A DNA stretch of 64,000 nucleotides from an uncultured delta proteobacterium (GCA_963695875.1 CAVOID010000010.1:32001-96000); one strand, 5' to 3'. Positions 10,461 to 21,940 are shown, counted from the first letter of the stretch. Translations and numbers: made by a program. The notes: generated by a model not told the origin, from the sequence alone.

Positions 10461-11219
10461 TTGTCTAAACCTTCATTAATAGCATCTATTTCAAGCGGTA
10501 AAGGCGGTGTGGGAAAAACATTTATTGCTGTAAACCTGGCCGCCTGTTTGGCACGTAAAAGAAAAAAAACGCTCGTTGTGGACTGTGACCTGGGATTGTC
10601 CAACATAGATATAATGCTGGGAATCAACCCGAAGCTCACCTTAAAAGATGTTATCTTCGGAGATGCAAATGTCAAAGATGTGCTTATCACAACAAAAGGT
10701 GGCTTCGATTTTATACCGGCGAGTTCAGGCGCGAAGGAGATGGCCCAGTTGCTCTATGAAAGCATCGAAACAATCAAAAACGCTATTACCAATATTGCTG
10801 AGGGTTATGATTATGTGCTTCTTGATATAGGCGCGGGGATATCGGAAACGGTGCTTCAGTTTAACCTCTTTGCCTCAAGAAATATCATTGTTCTTAATAG
10901 AGAACTGACCAGCCTTACGGATGCCTATGCTATGATTAAAGTCATATATCAGATGTTCGGCCGCGATTCCTTCGACATAATAGTTAACTCTGCCAGGGAT
11001 GAAGAGGAAGCTAAAAGGATATTCAATCATATAGATGGTATATGCAGGAAGTTTCTGGGGTTCCCGCTTCATTTCCTGGGGCATATTGTCTATGATGATT
11101 CTGTTCAACAATCAATTATGAAACAGAAACTTCTCATGCAACTGTTTCCTGGATCAGTGCCGGCAGGCAATTGCATTCATATCGCCGATGTTATGACTCG
11201 TTGGCAAACATCAAGTTGA
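10461..11219 (+). CDS. MinD/FlhG-family ATPase
   Basis: SGKGGVGKT and DCDLGLSNIDIMLG motifs; TTG start after AGGAG. Confidence 0.85.
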   Translation: MSKPSLIASISSGKGGVGKTFIAVNLAACLARKRKKTLVVDCDLGLSNIDIMLGINPKLTLKDVIFGDANVKDVLITTKGGFDFIPASSGAKEMAQLLYESIETIKNAITNIAEGYDYVLLDIGAGISETVLQFNLFASRNIIVLNRELTSLTDAYAMIKVIYQMFGRDSFDIIVNSARDEEEAKRIFNHIDGICRKFLGFPLHFLGHIVYDDSVQQSIMKQKLLMQLFPGSVPAGNCIHIADVMTRWQTSS

Positions 11220-11356
11220 TTATGATACAGAGATTGCCGCGCTCACTTCGATCGCCGGCAATGACAAATGATGATTACAACATAATCTCGAAAGCATGGA
11301 TCAAAGGTGATATGATTATTGCAACCAGATCAATAATAAAGGAGTAAGTAATATCT

Positions 11357-12229
11357 ATGGAACAACCGTTGGATTTAGCAAAATGGCTGGAGATAGTTAT
11401 CCACGACTTTATAAGCCATTCTCCGAAAAATACCCTTAGGAATACAGCCAATGAAAAGGCCTGGGATGACCCACTGGTTGGTTTCTCCAGAGGAGACGAC
11501 CCTCTATATGAAGCCTATAAGGAATACGTAGGGCCATTTCACTGGACGCCATGGGAGATATTTACACAAACTTTCCTGGAGATCAAGCCGGCGCCGGAGG
11601 ATCTCACCGTTATAAGCTGGATTCTCCCCCAGACCAAAGCGACTAAAACCGAGAACCGGAAGCAGAAAACCTACCCGGCGGAGCGTTGGGCCAGGGCCCG
11701 TCTTTACGGCGAAGAGACAAATAATGAACTTCGGAGCCATGTTGTTGCTGTCCTTACAGGCAGGGGATACAAAGCCGTTGCACCCGTGCTTTCACCTCTA
11801 TGGTCACAGAAGAAATCAGATTTGTATGGCTTCGCCTCCACCTGGTCTGAAAGGCATGTGGCTTACGCATCGGGATTGGGCACCTTTGGCCTCTGTGACG
11901 GTTTAATTACACCGCGCGGGAAGGCTATGCGCACGGGTTCTGTCGTAGCGAACATCCAGATTCCTGCAACCCTCCGACCTTACGGTGATCACCATGCATA
12001 TTGCCTCTTCTATGCAGACGGTACCTGCAAGAAATGTATATCCCGCTGCCCTGCTGGAGCTATCAGTGAGGCGGGTCATGACAAGGTGAAATGCTACAGC
12101 TATGCATACGGAGGTGCATTAAAACATATAAAGTCCCATTATGGATTTGAAGTCGGGGCCTGCGGCCTATGCCAGACGAAGGTCCCCTGTGAGTCCGGGA
12201 TTCCTGTAAAATCATCGGGACAGAAGTAA
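11357..12229 (+). CDS. Epoxyqueuosine reductase (QueG)-like cobalamin/4Fe-4S protein
   Basis: WSERHVAYASGLGTFG, C..C..C...CP and CGLCQTKVPC motifs. Confidence 0.75.
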   Translation: MEQPLDLAKWLEIVIHDFISHSPKNTLRNTANEKAWDDPLVGFSRGDDPLYEAYKEYVGPFHWTPWEIFTQTFLEIKPAPEDLTVISWILPQTKATKTENRKQKTYPAERWARARLYGEETNNELRSHVVAVLTGRGYKAVAPVLSPLWSQKKSDLYGFASTWSERHVAYASGLGTFGLCDGLITPRGKAMRTGSVVANIQIPATLRPYGDHHAYCLFYADGTCKKCISRCPAGAISEAGHDKVKCYSYAYGGALKHIKSHYGFEVGACGLCQTKVPCESGIPVKSSGQK

Positions 12230-12350
12230 CCCGAATACTCACACCTTTTAAGTATTAAATATTCTTCTTGCCTTTTTCAGCCTTTATTATAATTATACCC
12301 GGTCTTAACGGAAGAAAACTTCCGCAGGCAGAGCAGAAAGGAGTATTATC

Positions 12351-12641
12351 ATGATCAAGCATATCGTTTTCATGAAATTCAAGAAAGGTATCACAGACAA
12401 GGATATTGTCGAGTTGGAGAAACTTATGGCGGGGCTTCCCGGAAGGATCCCGGAGATCAAGGAGTACCAGTTCGGCCGCGACATCGTGCGATCCGAAAGG
12501 TCCTACGATTTCGCCCTGGTTTCCGCTTTTGAGGACCTGGATGCCCTGAAGCGTTATCAACCGCATCCGGATCACCAGCCCGTTCTGGCGAAGGTGAAAG
12601 AAATGTCCGAAACTATTCTGGCGGTGGACTTTAAGTTATAA
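12351..12641 (+). CDS. Dabb-family stress-responsive A/B barrel protein
   Basis: MIKHIVFMKF...IPEI...YQPHPDH. Confidence 0.85.
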   Translation: MIKHIVFMKFKKGITDKDIVELEKLMAGLPGRIPEIKEYQFGRDIVRSERSYDFALVSAFEDLDALKRYQPHPDHQPVLAKVKEMSETILAVDFKL

Positions 12642-12765
12642 ACACTTTTTCCAATGTGTAATTCGGGAATGATTTTTGTCACTGATAAATTATAAGATTG
12701 CCACGTCGCTTCCCTCCTCGCAATGACATCAGTGGTTGATTTTTTCTAAGGGCTTGCGTCAGGTT

Positions 12766-13674
12766 TTAGGGCAGTGATGGTTTCAGGTGGGATACAGTGG
12801 CGGGGAATGTCTGCCCCATGTAATGTTCAAACCTCAGGCTCGCTTCGATGAGCATATCGAGGTTGATTCCGGTTTTCACACCTGTCTCATGGAGCATATT
12901 GACGGTGTCTTCCGTGGCGATGTTTCCCCTGGCTCCGACAATGAAAGGACATCCCCCCAGTCCTCCCAGAGACGTATCGAAAATGGAAACCCCCTCGTTT
13001 ACGGCCGCCCAGACATTGGCAAGGCCCAGGCCGCGTGTATTGTGAAGATGGAGTGAAATAGGCACTGCCCCTACAATGTCCCGCAAGCGATTTACCAGCT
13101 TCTTTACCTGCACAGGATTGGCCACGCCGGATGTGTCGGCGAGGCATATCTCATCCGGTTCTCTATTAATGAAATCTTTCACAAGTTTGATTACCTTGCC
13201 AGCGGTGACTTTCCCTTCATATGCACAGCCGAAGGCGTTCATCACACCTGCCCTCACTTCCATGCCCGCGCCATGCGCCATGTCGATCAATCGCCGGGCT
13301 TCCGTCAAAGCCTGAGTAATGGACATGTTGCTGTTTTTCCAGCTGTGCGTTTCACTTGCGGACACGTAAATGCCCACGTGCGGTACCTTGCACTGTTTCG
13401 CGCGCTCCAAGCCCTTCTCACTCAATAACAGAGCCGCATACACAACCCCTTTTTTACGACTTATCGTATTCCAGAGTTCTTCAGCATCTGCCATCTGCGG
13501 AACCAGACGGGGATTAACGAAGGATGACACCTCGATGCGCCGGACACCGCAATCGATCAGGTCGTTAATGAGCTTCACTTTCTGCTCGGTGGAGACAATT
13601 TTTTTTTCACTCTGGATGCCGTCCCTCAGGACGACCTCGTGAATGTCGATTTTTCGCGGCAGGCCGTGTTGCAT
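12766..13674 (-). CDS. Hydroxymethylglutaryl-CoA lyase
   Basis: EVVLRDGIQ, SFVNPRLVPQMAD, HLHNTRG, GGCPF..GARGNIATED. Confidence 0.9.
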   Translation of the reverse strand: MQHGLPRKIDIHEVVLRDGIQSEKKIVSTEQKVKLINDLIDCGVRRIEVSSFVNPRLVPQMADAEELWNTISRKKGVVYAALLLSEKGLERAKQCKVPHVGIYVSASETHSWKNSNMSITQALTEARRLIDMAHGAGMEVRAGVMNAFGCAYEGKVTAGKVIKLVKDFINREPDEICLADTSGVANPVQVKKLVNRLRDIVGAVPISLHLHNTRGLGLANVWAAVNEGVSIFDTSLGGLGGCPFIVGARGNIATEDTVNMLHETGVKTGINLDMLIEASLRFEHYMGQTFPATVSHLKPSLP

Positions 13675-13813
13675 AATTGGAATACCTGATTACTGGAGTA
13701 GTTTTTTTGTATCATGAGGGCTTTGAATTTGAAATAGTATTTTTTTGTCAGGAAGGTATCAAAAAAAATAAAGGGGGAGAAAAAATTCTCTCCCTGCTTC
13801 TAACTTCAGGTCT

Positions 13814-15001
13814 TTATTTCTTCCAGGCCATAGGACCCCATTTTTCAGGCAGTATTGCCTGTGGGGACCACTCGGGAGGCACCAGCTGGCCGGGTTTTTC
13901 GCCCAGTTTCTGGATGAGTTTGGAAAGACCGGGACGGGCGTGTTCCGGATGCCCTTCTTTCAATGTCCGGCCGTTAATGACGGCTTCGGAACGGAGTCTC
14001 CGTCCGATCGTCTTTTCCATCTTCGCCCCGAGCCACAGGACACGGTCTACATCGTACCCGTGCTCGATACCCAGTTCGTCAATCATCACCAGAAGATCCT
14101 CCAGGGTAATGAGACCCACATACCTCGGATCGTAATAGTATTCGCCCGTTCCTCTTACGGGACAGTCATCGAGGAAATTGGCAGGCTGTCCACCCAGACC
14201 GCCCAGGGTTCCCTCGAAGCGGCTGATACCGGCATGAAGGGCCGCCAGGATCGAGGCGGAAGCAACACGCTTCGTCTCATGGAGATGGCAGAGATGGGCT
14301 TCGGGATTGGGCATGGCATCCAGCACCATGGAGAAATAGCGGTAGACCTGGGCTGCGGAGGCGGAGCCGTCATGGTCGGCATGCTCGATGTCATGGGCGC
14401 CGATAGAGAAAAAGCGTTTCGTGAATTCCACGGCATCCTTGAGCTCCGTTGCGCCGGTGATGGGGCTTCCCCAGATGGTGCTCACGGTGCCGCACATCTT
14501 CATGCCGACGTCGGCGGCTTTCTTGATGCAGCGTTCAGCCTCTTTCCAGTATTGGGTCAGCGTCGTGCCGGAGTTGGCAAAATGGTGCTCCGGATCGGTG
14601 GAGACCATCATCAGGACCCGATCCGGACCGATTCCCCTTTTCCTGAGCTCGATCGCGACATCAACGGCGGGTTCGCGGATCGTCACAGCAGTCATGACGA
14701 GCTCATCATATTTTACTCCCGCCCTCTCGCAGCGCTTTTTGAAAGCATCACTCCTGAGAGCGGTAAGCACCTGTTCGGCATCCTTGAACTGGGGAATGCC
14801 TGCCGGGTTTCCCAGGTTCGTTACCTCGATCTCTTTCGCCCCCGCCAGGATCATCTCCTGGGCGTAGAAGATTTTGGCGTTCGTAGATATAAATTTTTCT
14901 TCATGCTGAAAACCATCGCGCACGGTTATGTCACCGATGGTTACCTTCTTTGGCATTCTGGGGAAAATTTTCCAGTAATCGTACTCCGTCATAAAAATCA
15001 T
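13814..15001 (-). CDS. HMGL-like (DRE-TIM) lyase / pyruvate carboxyltransferase family protein
   Basis: DITVRDGFQHEE and HLH metal motif; GGLGGQP in place of GGCP. Confidence 0.85.
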   Translation of the reverse strand: MIFMTEYDYWKIFPRMPKKVTIGDITVRDGFQHEEKFISTNAKIFYAQEMILAGAKEIEVTNLGNPAGIPQFKDAEQVLTALRSDAFKKRCERAGVKYDELVMTAVTIREPAVDVAIELRKRGIGPDRVLMMVSTDPEHHFANSGTTLTQYWKEAERCIKKAADVGMKMCGTVSTIWGSPITGATELKDAVEFTKRFFSIGAHDIEHADHDGSASAAQVYRYFSMVLDAMPNPEAHLCHLHETKRVASASILAALHAGISRFEGTLGGLGGQPANFLDDCPVRGTGEYYYDPRYVGLITLEDLLVMIDELGIEHGYDVDRVLWLGAKMEKTIGRRLRSEAVINGRTLKEGHPEHARPGLSKLIQKLGEKPGQLVPPEWSPQAILPEKWGPMAWKK

Positions 15002-15047
15002 GACCTCCTCATTTTTTTGAATTCAACTCACTTTAAAGGAAGGAATG

Positions 15048-15848
15048 TCACTCCCCCTTAAATACTGGTTTTCGTTTCTCCACAAAGGCCGCAAGTGCTT
15101 CCAGCCGGTCCTTTGTCGGGATGGTGGCCTCATACGCCTTGGACTCAAGCGGCAGAGCCACGCCGAGGCTTGCTTCGGAGCCATAATTAATGGCAAATTT
15201 AGCCTGGGCCACGCCGATGGGACCGTTCTTGGCGATCTCCCTGGCCAGTTCCAGTGCGGCCTCAATCAGCTTGTCCGGTTCGACGACCTTGCTTACCAGA
15301 CCAATCTTTAGAGCCGTCTCGGCATCTATTCTTCTTGCCGTGAAGATCAGCTCCTTAGCCTTGGCCACACCGATGATCCTGGGCAGCCTCTGCGTTCCAC
15401 CGGCACCCGGGATTATCGCCAGGCTGGTTTCCGTGAGTCCCATCACTACATTCGATGAAGCGATCCTGAGATCACAAGCAAGGGACAGCTCAGTACCACC
15501 ACCAAAGGCAAAGCCGTTGATAGCCGCGATAACCGGAACACGTACCTGCTCTACGGCGGTGAATGTGTTTCGGATTGTGAAGATGAAGCGACGCACCTGG
15601 TCCTCTGAAAGTGTCCTTCTTTCCTTCAAATCCGCACCTGTCGAGAAAGACCACTTCTTGGGATCGTCGCCGGATCTGGCGCCGGTGATGATGATGCACC
15701 GCAGACCCATATCAAAATTGGCTTCACGGACTGTTTCACCCAGTGCAGCCAGCAGATCAAAGTTGAAGCAGTTCATCGCTTCCGGACGATTCAGCGTGAG
15801 AATCAGGATGCCTTCATCAGTTCTTTCTTTCAGCAGCATATCTGCCAT
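15048..15848 (-). CDS. Enoyl-CoA hydratase, probable methylglutaconyl-CoA hydratase
   Basis: GADLKER, FGGGTEL, ETSLAIIPGAGGTQRLPR; operon context; start at 15848 after GGAGG. Confidence 0.85.
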   Translation of the reverse strand: MADMLLKERTDEGILILTLNRPEAMNCFNFDLLAALGETVREANFDMGLRCIIITGARSGDDPKKWSFSTGADLKERRTLSEDQVRRFIFTIRNTFTAVEQVRVPVIAAINGFAFGGGTELSLACDLRIASSNVVMGLTETSLAIIPGAGGTQRLPRIIGVAKAKELIFTARRIDAETALKIGLVSKVVEPDKLIEAALELAREIAKNGPIGVAQAKFAINYGSEASLGVALPLESKAYEATIPTKDRLEALAAFVEKRKPVFKGE

Positions 15849-16094
15849 AGGTATTTTCCTCCTTACGCTCTTCGTGCCTTCCGGACTTGATAGAACGCAT
15901 AAGATTCCTCGTCGCGTTGCTTCTCGGAATGACACAAGATGCGAATTATTAGCTGCACTTCCTCCCGCAGACTGCGGCGTCCGTCTATATCCGCCGCAGT
16001 TCTGGGAACCGGGAGCGCTTCCTTGGCCCCATCTTCAGGAGGGACGAAGGGTGCAGTCGTTTAAATGTCTCTTCTCAAGGAAGTACCATCAGGA

Positions 16095-17726
16095 CTAAAC
16101 TTTCAGGTCGCCCCAATCAGACTTCTCTATGGGTACTCGGTAGCAAAGTTCCAATGACCTGGCCAGCTTTTCCCGCGCTTCGCTGTAAGGTGATGACACC
16201 GTCATGGAACAAGAGCGACCCGGTCAGGAAGGGATGCCCTTCGGCATCGTAACGGTCTATCATCATCTGGCGGAAATTAGCCATTTCTTCCTCATTAACC
16301 GTTTGTCCTTTGTCGACGATATTCTTCCTGCGGACGCTCTCCACGATGAATCCCGCTGTCCTGCCGGACATAACCGTCGTGCGGCCTCTCATATTGGTAA
16401 AGCAGAATACGGGTCTGAACGCCCTTCCGCACATGCCATAGTTGGCGGCCCCGTGGTCGGGACCGATGACGTACTGAATTTTGGGAACGTTCAGCACGCT
16501 GCACGTACGGACCATGTCGGATCCGTATTTTCCGATTCCGCCCCATTCCTCGGATTTTCCGACCATGTAGCCCGGAGATCCCTGGAAAAAGATAACCGGG
16601 AGCTTTGAGTTGCCGCAACGGATCATCCATTCCGTTGCCTTTCTTGCCGCTTCAATATAGATAACGCCGTTCCCGCTGGATGCAATGACGCCTACAGGCA
16701 TACCCTTCAGCCACATCTTGCCGGCAACGATACTTTCACCACGGTTGAGACCGTACGTCGGCTTGTATTCATGGAAATAGCTGTCATCAGCAAGGCATTT
16801 GAGGGTTTCCTTGATGTTGAATTGCATTATAGGTATTGACGGGAGTGGAGCGCATCATTTCCTTGTAATCAAATTTTGGTTCAACGGATCTTTCTGCGGT
16901 CGCAGTAAAGGGTCTGGGCCGGTTCAAACTCGATGATGTCACGCAGCTTCTTGATCCCTTCCTCCTGGGATTTCACGAAATGGTCGCAACCGCCGGAGTG
17001 CTGGGTATGGACATAGGCGCCCCCCAGGTCTTCCATGGACACCGTCTCACCGATGGCTGATTTCACCATGGGAGGACCTGCCAGGAAGGCAAAGGCAAGC
17101 TTCTCTATCATGATGGATTCGGAAGCGAGATAAACGATGTATGCGCCGCCCGCCGTATTTCCGCCGGTGGAGAGGGTGTATTGCTTTATTCCCATGGCGG
17201 ACATGCGGCACATATTATAGAACATGCTCCCAAAGTGACCATCGTCGGCAAAACAACCCAACTGCAGCGGAAGGTTGATGCCACCGGAGTCGGCGATGTA
17301 TATGCAGGGCAACCGGAGGCGCTCGGCAATCGCCTGGGCCCTCATATGCTTCTTCAGCGTGATGGGGAAGTAGGTCCCTGCCGCATAGCGGTTCTCATTG
17401 GCAAAGATCATACAATCCTTTCCGTGAACGACACCGACGCCGGTAACCAGCCCGCCGCCGGGGATGTGCCCCCTTTTCTCCGATTCGTAGATCTCCCCTC
17501 CGTAAAGCTTTATCTGTCCTATGTTGTAGCCGGCATCCAGTCCAAGCTCAAAGAAATCCGTACCCGGATCGATTAACATCTTGATGAGCTCACGCATCGG
17601 TTTCTTGCCCTGCTTGGCAAGACGCTTTAGCTGTTCCTCTCCGCCGATGTTGTATGCCTCTTCACGGTGCTTCATGAGGATGGCATCCTGTTCTTCCCAA
17701 TGCTTTATGTTGTTATCCTCTTCCAT
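16095..17726 (-). pseudogene. Acyl-CoA carboxylase carboxyltransferase (methylcrotonyl-CoA carboxylase beta-like), split by frameshifts (likely assembly errors)
   Basis: ORFs 16881-17741 and 16117-16827 plus a third-frame C-terminus ending at 16095; DSGG, TAGGAY, GAANYGMCGRAF motifs. Confidence 0.85.
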
Positions 17727-17788
17727 AATAATCCTCCTCAACCCTTCCCGGATCGATTTTGACCAATTGCTTTAAATTCCTTGAAAAA

Positions 17789-18559
17789 CTACCTGCCGAT
17801 TACGTATCGATACGGGTCTATCTCCTCCCTCAGGATGGATAGCTCCTTCGCCGTCGGAGGTTTGTTCTCCACGATCTTCTTCGCCTTCAGAAGTTCAAAC
17901 CCGCAATTAGCCTGAACATCCTTCTCAGAGTAACCTGGGTTTACCGCTATAATCCGCATCCTCTTTGATTCCGGTTCAAAGTCCATCACCGCCATGTTTG
18001 TAATGATCTTGTATGGACCGGCCCCCCGCGGGAGTCCTGATTTCGCCCGCGAATCACCGCCCGTCAGCCAGCCAGGCGTCGTAATAAATTGACATTTCTC
18101 AGCAAATCTCTTGGAATCCTGGGGTGTCATGACGAGCATTCTCCAACAAAATGAAGCAAGGTCATTGGCACCACCACTCCCCGGGAATCGAACCTTCGGT
18201 TTCTGATGGTCAGGACCGATTCTCGTGGAATTCAAATTTCCGTACATATCGATCTGGGCACCACCGAGGAAGGTGTAATCGATCATTCCGCGACAGCATG
18301 TTTCCATAATTTCACACATGCCGCTCGCCATCAAGGCCTTCCAGGTCGTTCTGGAATCTCCCACGGATATGGGCATTTCAGGGATCAAGGGCGCCGCCCC
18401 GCCGGCCTCAAAAAGGATTACCAGGTTTGGTGAGTGGGCCTTCTGCGCAAGCATTGCTGCCGCATTGGGAGCTCCGGTTCCAACTACAATAGAAGCCCCG
18501 TCTTCTAACTCTCTTGCAGCGGTGCATATCATCAGTTCCATGGTATTATAATCAGCCAT
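17789..18559 (-). CDS. Family I CoA-transferase beta subunit (GctB-like)
   Basis: VGTG, catalytic Glu in LFEAG, GAQIDMYGNLNST, GSGGAND. Confidence 0.88.
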   Translation of the reverse strand: MADYNTMELMICTAARELEDGASIVVGTGAPNAAAMLAQKAHSPNLVILFEAGGAAPLIPEMPISVGDSRTTWKALMASGMCEIMETCCRGMIDYTFLGGAQIDMYGNLNSTRIGPDHQKPKVRFPGSGGANDLASFCWRMLVMTPQDSKRFAEKCQFITTPGWLTGGDSRAKSGLPRGAGPYKIITNMAVMDFEPESKRMRIIAVNPGYSEKDVQANCGFELLKAKKIVENKPPTAKELSILREEIDPYRYVIGR

Positions 18560-18576
18560 ACCGTATATCCTCCTCT

Positions 18577-19571
18577 CTAATCTCTCGCTTTGAGAAACAT
18601 GAATTCTTTTTCCCTGAGTTTCAGCAGCTTGTGCATGCCGCCGTTCTTCTCGATATATTCAAAGTGATCCTTGCAGCTGTAAATATTCTTTTCGAGGAAT
18701 TTTTTGAACTCGACCGGATCCTCTTCCACCTTCAGCCATTCTCTTATATGTTCCTCATCGGAGAAATATTCCGCATACATATTCCCGGGATAACTGCCGT
18801 AGGGGACCGCACATACGGCATCAACACACCAGTAAGGAATAACCGTATAGCTCGGATCTCTACGTATCTCCTCATTGGAAATCAGCCTTTCACAGGTAAT
18901 AATCAGACGCTTGGACGCCCTTGCCACATCAAAGTCGGAAACGGTGATGCCCCTTACCCGGCAATTGCCGTAGATATCCGACTCATGAACATGAATCGCC
19001 GACACATCCGGATAAAGGGCAGGCTGTGCGACATATTTCGTGCCCGTAAACGGGCATTCAATAATCTTTGCACCACTGAATTTGAAAGTATCCGTTCCCA
19101 TGAGATTTCTTGCCGGGTAGAAGGAAACGCCTGCAGCGGCGGCTTTGAAGCGGACCGACAGGGAGTAGTTTGTCCATTCAGTCACCTGGACCTTGCCGCT
19201 TTCCATGTAACGCCTCGCGTTGGGGGACAAACCCCGAGCCTCCAGACCGACAATGTAGGCGACATCACATTTGTTGAACACCTCACCCGCGCAAAGTATC
19301 TGGAAATCATGGGTGGATGTATGGCCCGCAAATCCCATATTCTTTCTTCCCTGCCTCACGATTTCATGCGCAACCGCTATCGGCACCCTGTTTGCCCCAA
19401 AACCGCCGAGTGTCAGATAATCGCCGTCATGAACAAACTTCTCCACGGCCTCTTTGACGGACATCACCTTGGATTCTAGTTTGCGGTTTTTCTGTGCGAA
19501 AGAATTCACGCGCCTTATCCGGATCAGGATCTGTAAATATTTTGCCACATACCCTGTTCAATTACTTCCAC
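18577..19571 (-). CDS. Family I CoA-transferase alpha subunit (GctA-like); two apparent indels in the first ~80 nt
   Basis: SKVMSVKEAVEKFVHDGD, CPFTG, DIYGN motifs. GTG at 19571 follows AGGAGG; the ORF track starts at 19548. Confidence 0.85.
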
Positions 19572-19718
19572 TGGACTCTACCTCCTTTTTGAAGTAAACT
19601 ACCGACGACAACGTCAATGGTTTTGAAAGATTCGCGTTGACTCTGCTTCTTTTGCAACCCGCGAGTAAGCATCAAAAATTCTTAGCTTAGATTTATCTTA
19701 TTAAAAACAAGGAGAAAA

Positions 19719-20084
19719 ACAATATTAAAAGGTTCATAAATAATATTAACAAAAAATTAATTTAAAATAACAAATAGCAAATGGAAAGAGCGGATTAATC
19801 TTTGAAATAAAATGGGACAATTTATCATAAAAGTAATAGTATTGTTTCTAAAGCCGGATTAGCAAAATGAGATGGGTCAATATTTGGTTGACGAGAATCA
19901 AAAAATTCCCGATCATGAAAATGCGGATTCCCTGTTCTTACAAGAGACGGTTTTTTTGAGCAAATACAAGCTCGCTCTGCGGCAATAATGGGAATACCAG
20001 TAGCGCTAATTGATCCACTAGGCTTGAGAATGTTCTCTAATATTAGTTTTTTATTAATATTATTTATGAACCTTTTAATATTGT
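19719..20084. repeat. 31-bp perfect inverted repeat (19719-19749 and 20054-20084) between divergent operons
   Basis: acaatattaaaaggttcataaataatattaa and its exact reverse complement. Confidence 0.9.
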
Positions 20085-20406
20085 CTTTCTTCTTTTTTTT
20101 CATATTATATGAATTACAGAAAAATATATGCGGGTTTGATCGTCTGTTAGTTTATTAACAAATCCTCAATACTCACGATGTTTCTATGAACAGATGTCCC
20201 TTAAATCGTATCGTATCAGGAACGGATCGTCTGCATATTTTCCCATGTGCTCTAAAAAAGATTTACGTGCTTTGAGGTTTACTTCTTCTTCTTCGCCAGA
20301 TTTGTGCAGGGTATTTATGTTGTAGATCCGGATAGTGCTTAAGAGTAGCTGAATTATTTCGGCTGGATGGTATAAAACTAAATTACCTTTTAAGGAGGGA
20401 GGCAAC

Positions 20407-21922
20407 ATGACGACACCTATTCAACAAAAGATTCGTGACAAGAAGAGAACACCCCAGCAGATTTTGGATATGGTCAAACCCGGAAACTGGATCCAGCCAG
20501 GTTCGGTTGGAGGTGATTCAACAGAATGTATGAAGGAGCTGGCAAAGAGGGTCGGTCCAAAATTGAAGGACATTGAAATTTGGAATTATGCTAATTTTTT
20601 TCCTCATCCTGAATTTCAGGCGGCAGACCCCAAGCAGGAATATCACTGCTTCCATGAGTATTTCTTCTTTCCCTGGAACCGCAAGGCAAGAGATACCAAC
20701 AACGTGACGGACTGGGCACATTGGGGATGGGCCATGGGCATGTGGTTCTGCCATTACCGTTTCGTTAATGCCGTAAAGGAAAACCGCGGGCTTGACTGGT
20801 GGTGGAATGCGGCATCGCCCTTCGATGAGCACGGCTTTGCCAACTTCTCTTACGGCACCAACAACGCCAATATCTTCAGCCAGTGCGCAAAGAAGAAAGT
20901 CATTGAAGTTCGTTCAGACTATCCCTGGGCCGAAGGCGGCCGCTTTAACACCATTAATATTGACGATGTCGACTACTGGGTCGAAGTGGACTGCGAGAAA
21001 TACAAGTGGCCCCAGATCAATGAAAAGGCCATCAAGGCAAAACCCGAGGAAGAGGCGATTGCCAAACATGTCATGACCATCATGAGGGACAGAGACATCA
21101 TCCAGCTTGGTATCGGATCACTTCCCTCCGCCTGTGTCGGCGCCATGGCCGATGCGGGATTCAAGGATCTCGGCATCCACACGGAGATGCTCAATGCCGG
21201 TCTCATCAAGCTGATCGAATCGGGTCAGGTGACCAACAAGTACAAGACCCTCCCTGCAGACCGCGGCAAGAGCTGCTATACCTTTGCTTTCCCCGTGGAT
21301 GTAAAGTGGTACTATGACACCATCCACCGGAACCAGGAGCTCGCGGTCTACGATATCAGTTACACCAATAACCTGCATAATCTCACGAGGCTCGACAACA
21401 TGATCGCCATCGATAACTGCGTGGCCGTTGACCTCCTCGGACAGCAGTGCTCCGGTTTCTATGAAAAACGTCCGATTTCGAGCTCCGGCGGTTACTTCCA
21501 TTTTGTGTCCTTCTGCGCCCAGTCGAAGGGCGGACGCGGTGTCGCCTCCATGACGGCGAGGAGCAAGCACGGCACGTCGAGGATCGTTCCCTTCCTGCCT
21601 GAAGGATCATCAGTGGATGTCCCTGCTCAGTTAACGAATTACGTTTGTACAGAGTACGGCATCGTGAACCTGCGCGGGCTCTCCGGTTATGAAAGAGCGA
21701 CAGCGTTGATCTCCATTGCCCATCCCGATGACCGTGAGATGCTGGAAAAGGCGGCCCACGAAAACGGTCTCCTTGCCTCCGAAATTCCCCGTCTCCATGA
21801 TGCCGGTTGAGGGGAAGACCAGGCGATATCCCTCCTATTCAGACAGACGGAACTACAAGATGGGGTTACACGGTGAGATATCAGGATTCGATTGGGATCA
21901 GGGTTATCAGTCAGCTAAATAA
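20407..21922 (+). CDS. Acetyl-CoA hydrolase/transferase family (acyl-CoA:acetate CoA-transferase); frameshift near 21775
   Basis: IQLGIG, LGIHTEM, VCTEYGIVNLRG, IAHPDDR. The C-terminus continues in ORF 21716-21922. Confidence 0.85.
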
Positions 21923-21940
21923 GTTGTTTCGCGTTACACC

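Noticed and set aside
11357..12229. Reductive dehalogenase
   Set aside because: Short, no Tat signal and no rdhB anchor gene; fits the QueG-like family better.
13940..19479. Long plus-strand ORFs (13940-15061, 15190-16098, 18514-19479) and similar antisense ORFs elsewhere
   Set aside because: They are shadows of well-supported opposite-strand genes and have no recognisable motifs.
17789..19571. GctAB-like pair as an AibAB-type methylglutaconyl-CoA decarboxylase
   Set aside because: The beta subunit keeps the catalytic Glu (LFEAG) of true family I CoA-transferases, which AibB lacks.
19825..20408. ORFs 19825-20103 and 20184-20408
   Set aside because: AT-rich regulatory DNA with no RBS or motifs; the first overlaps the inverted repeat.
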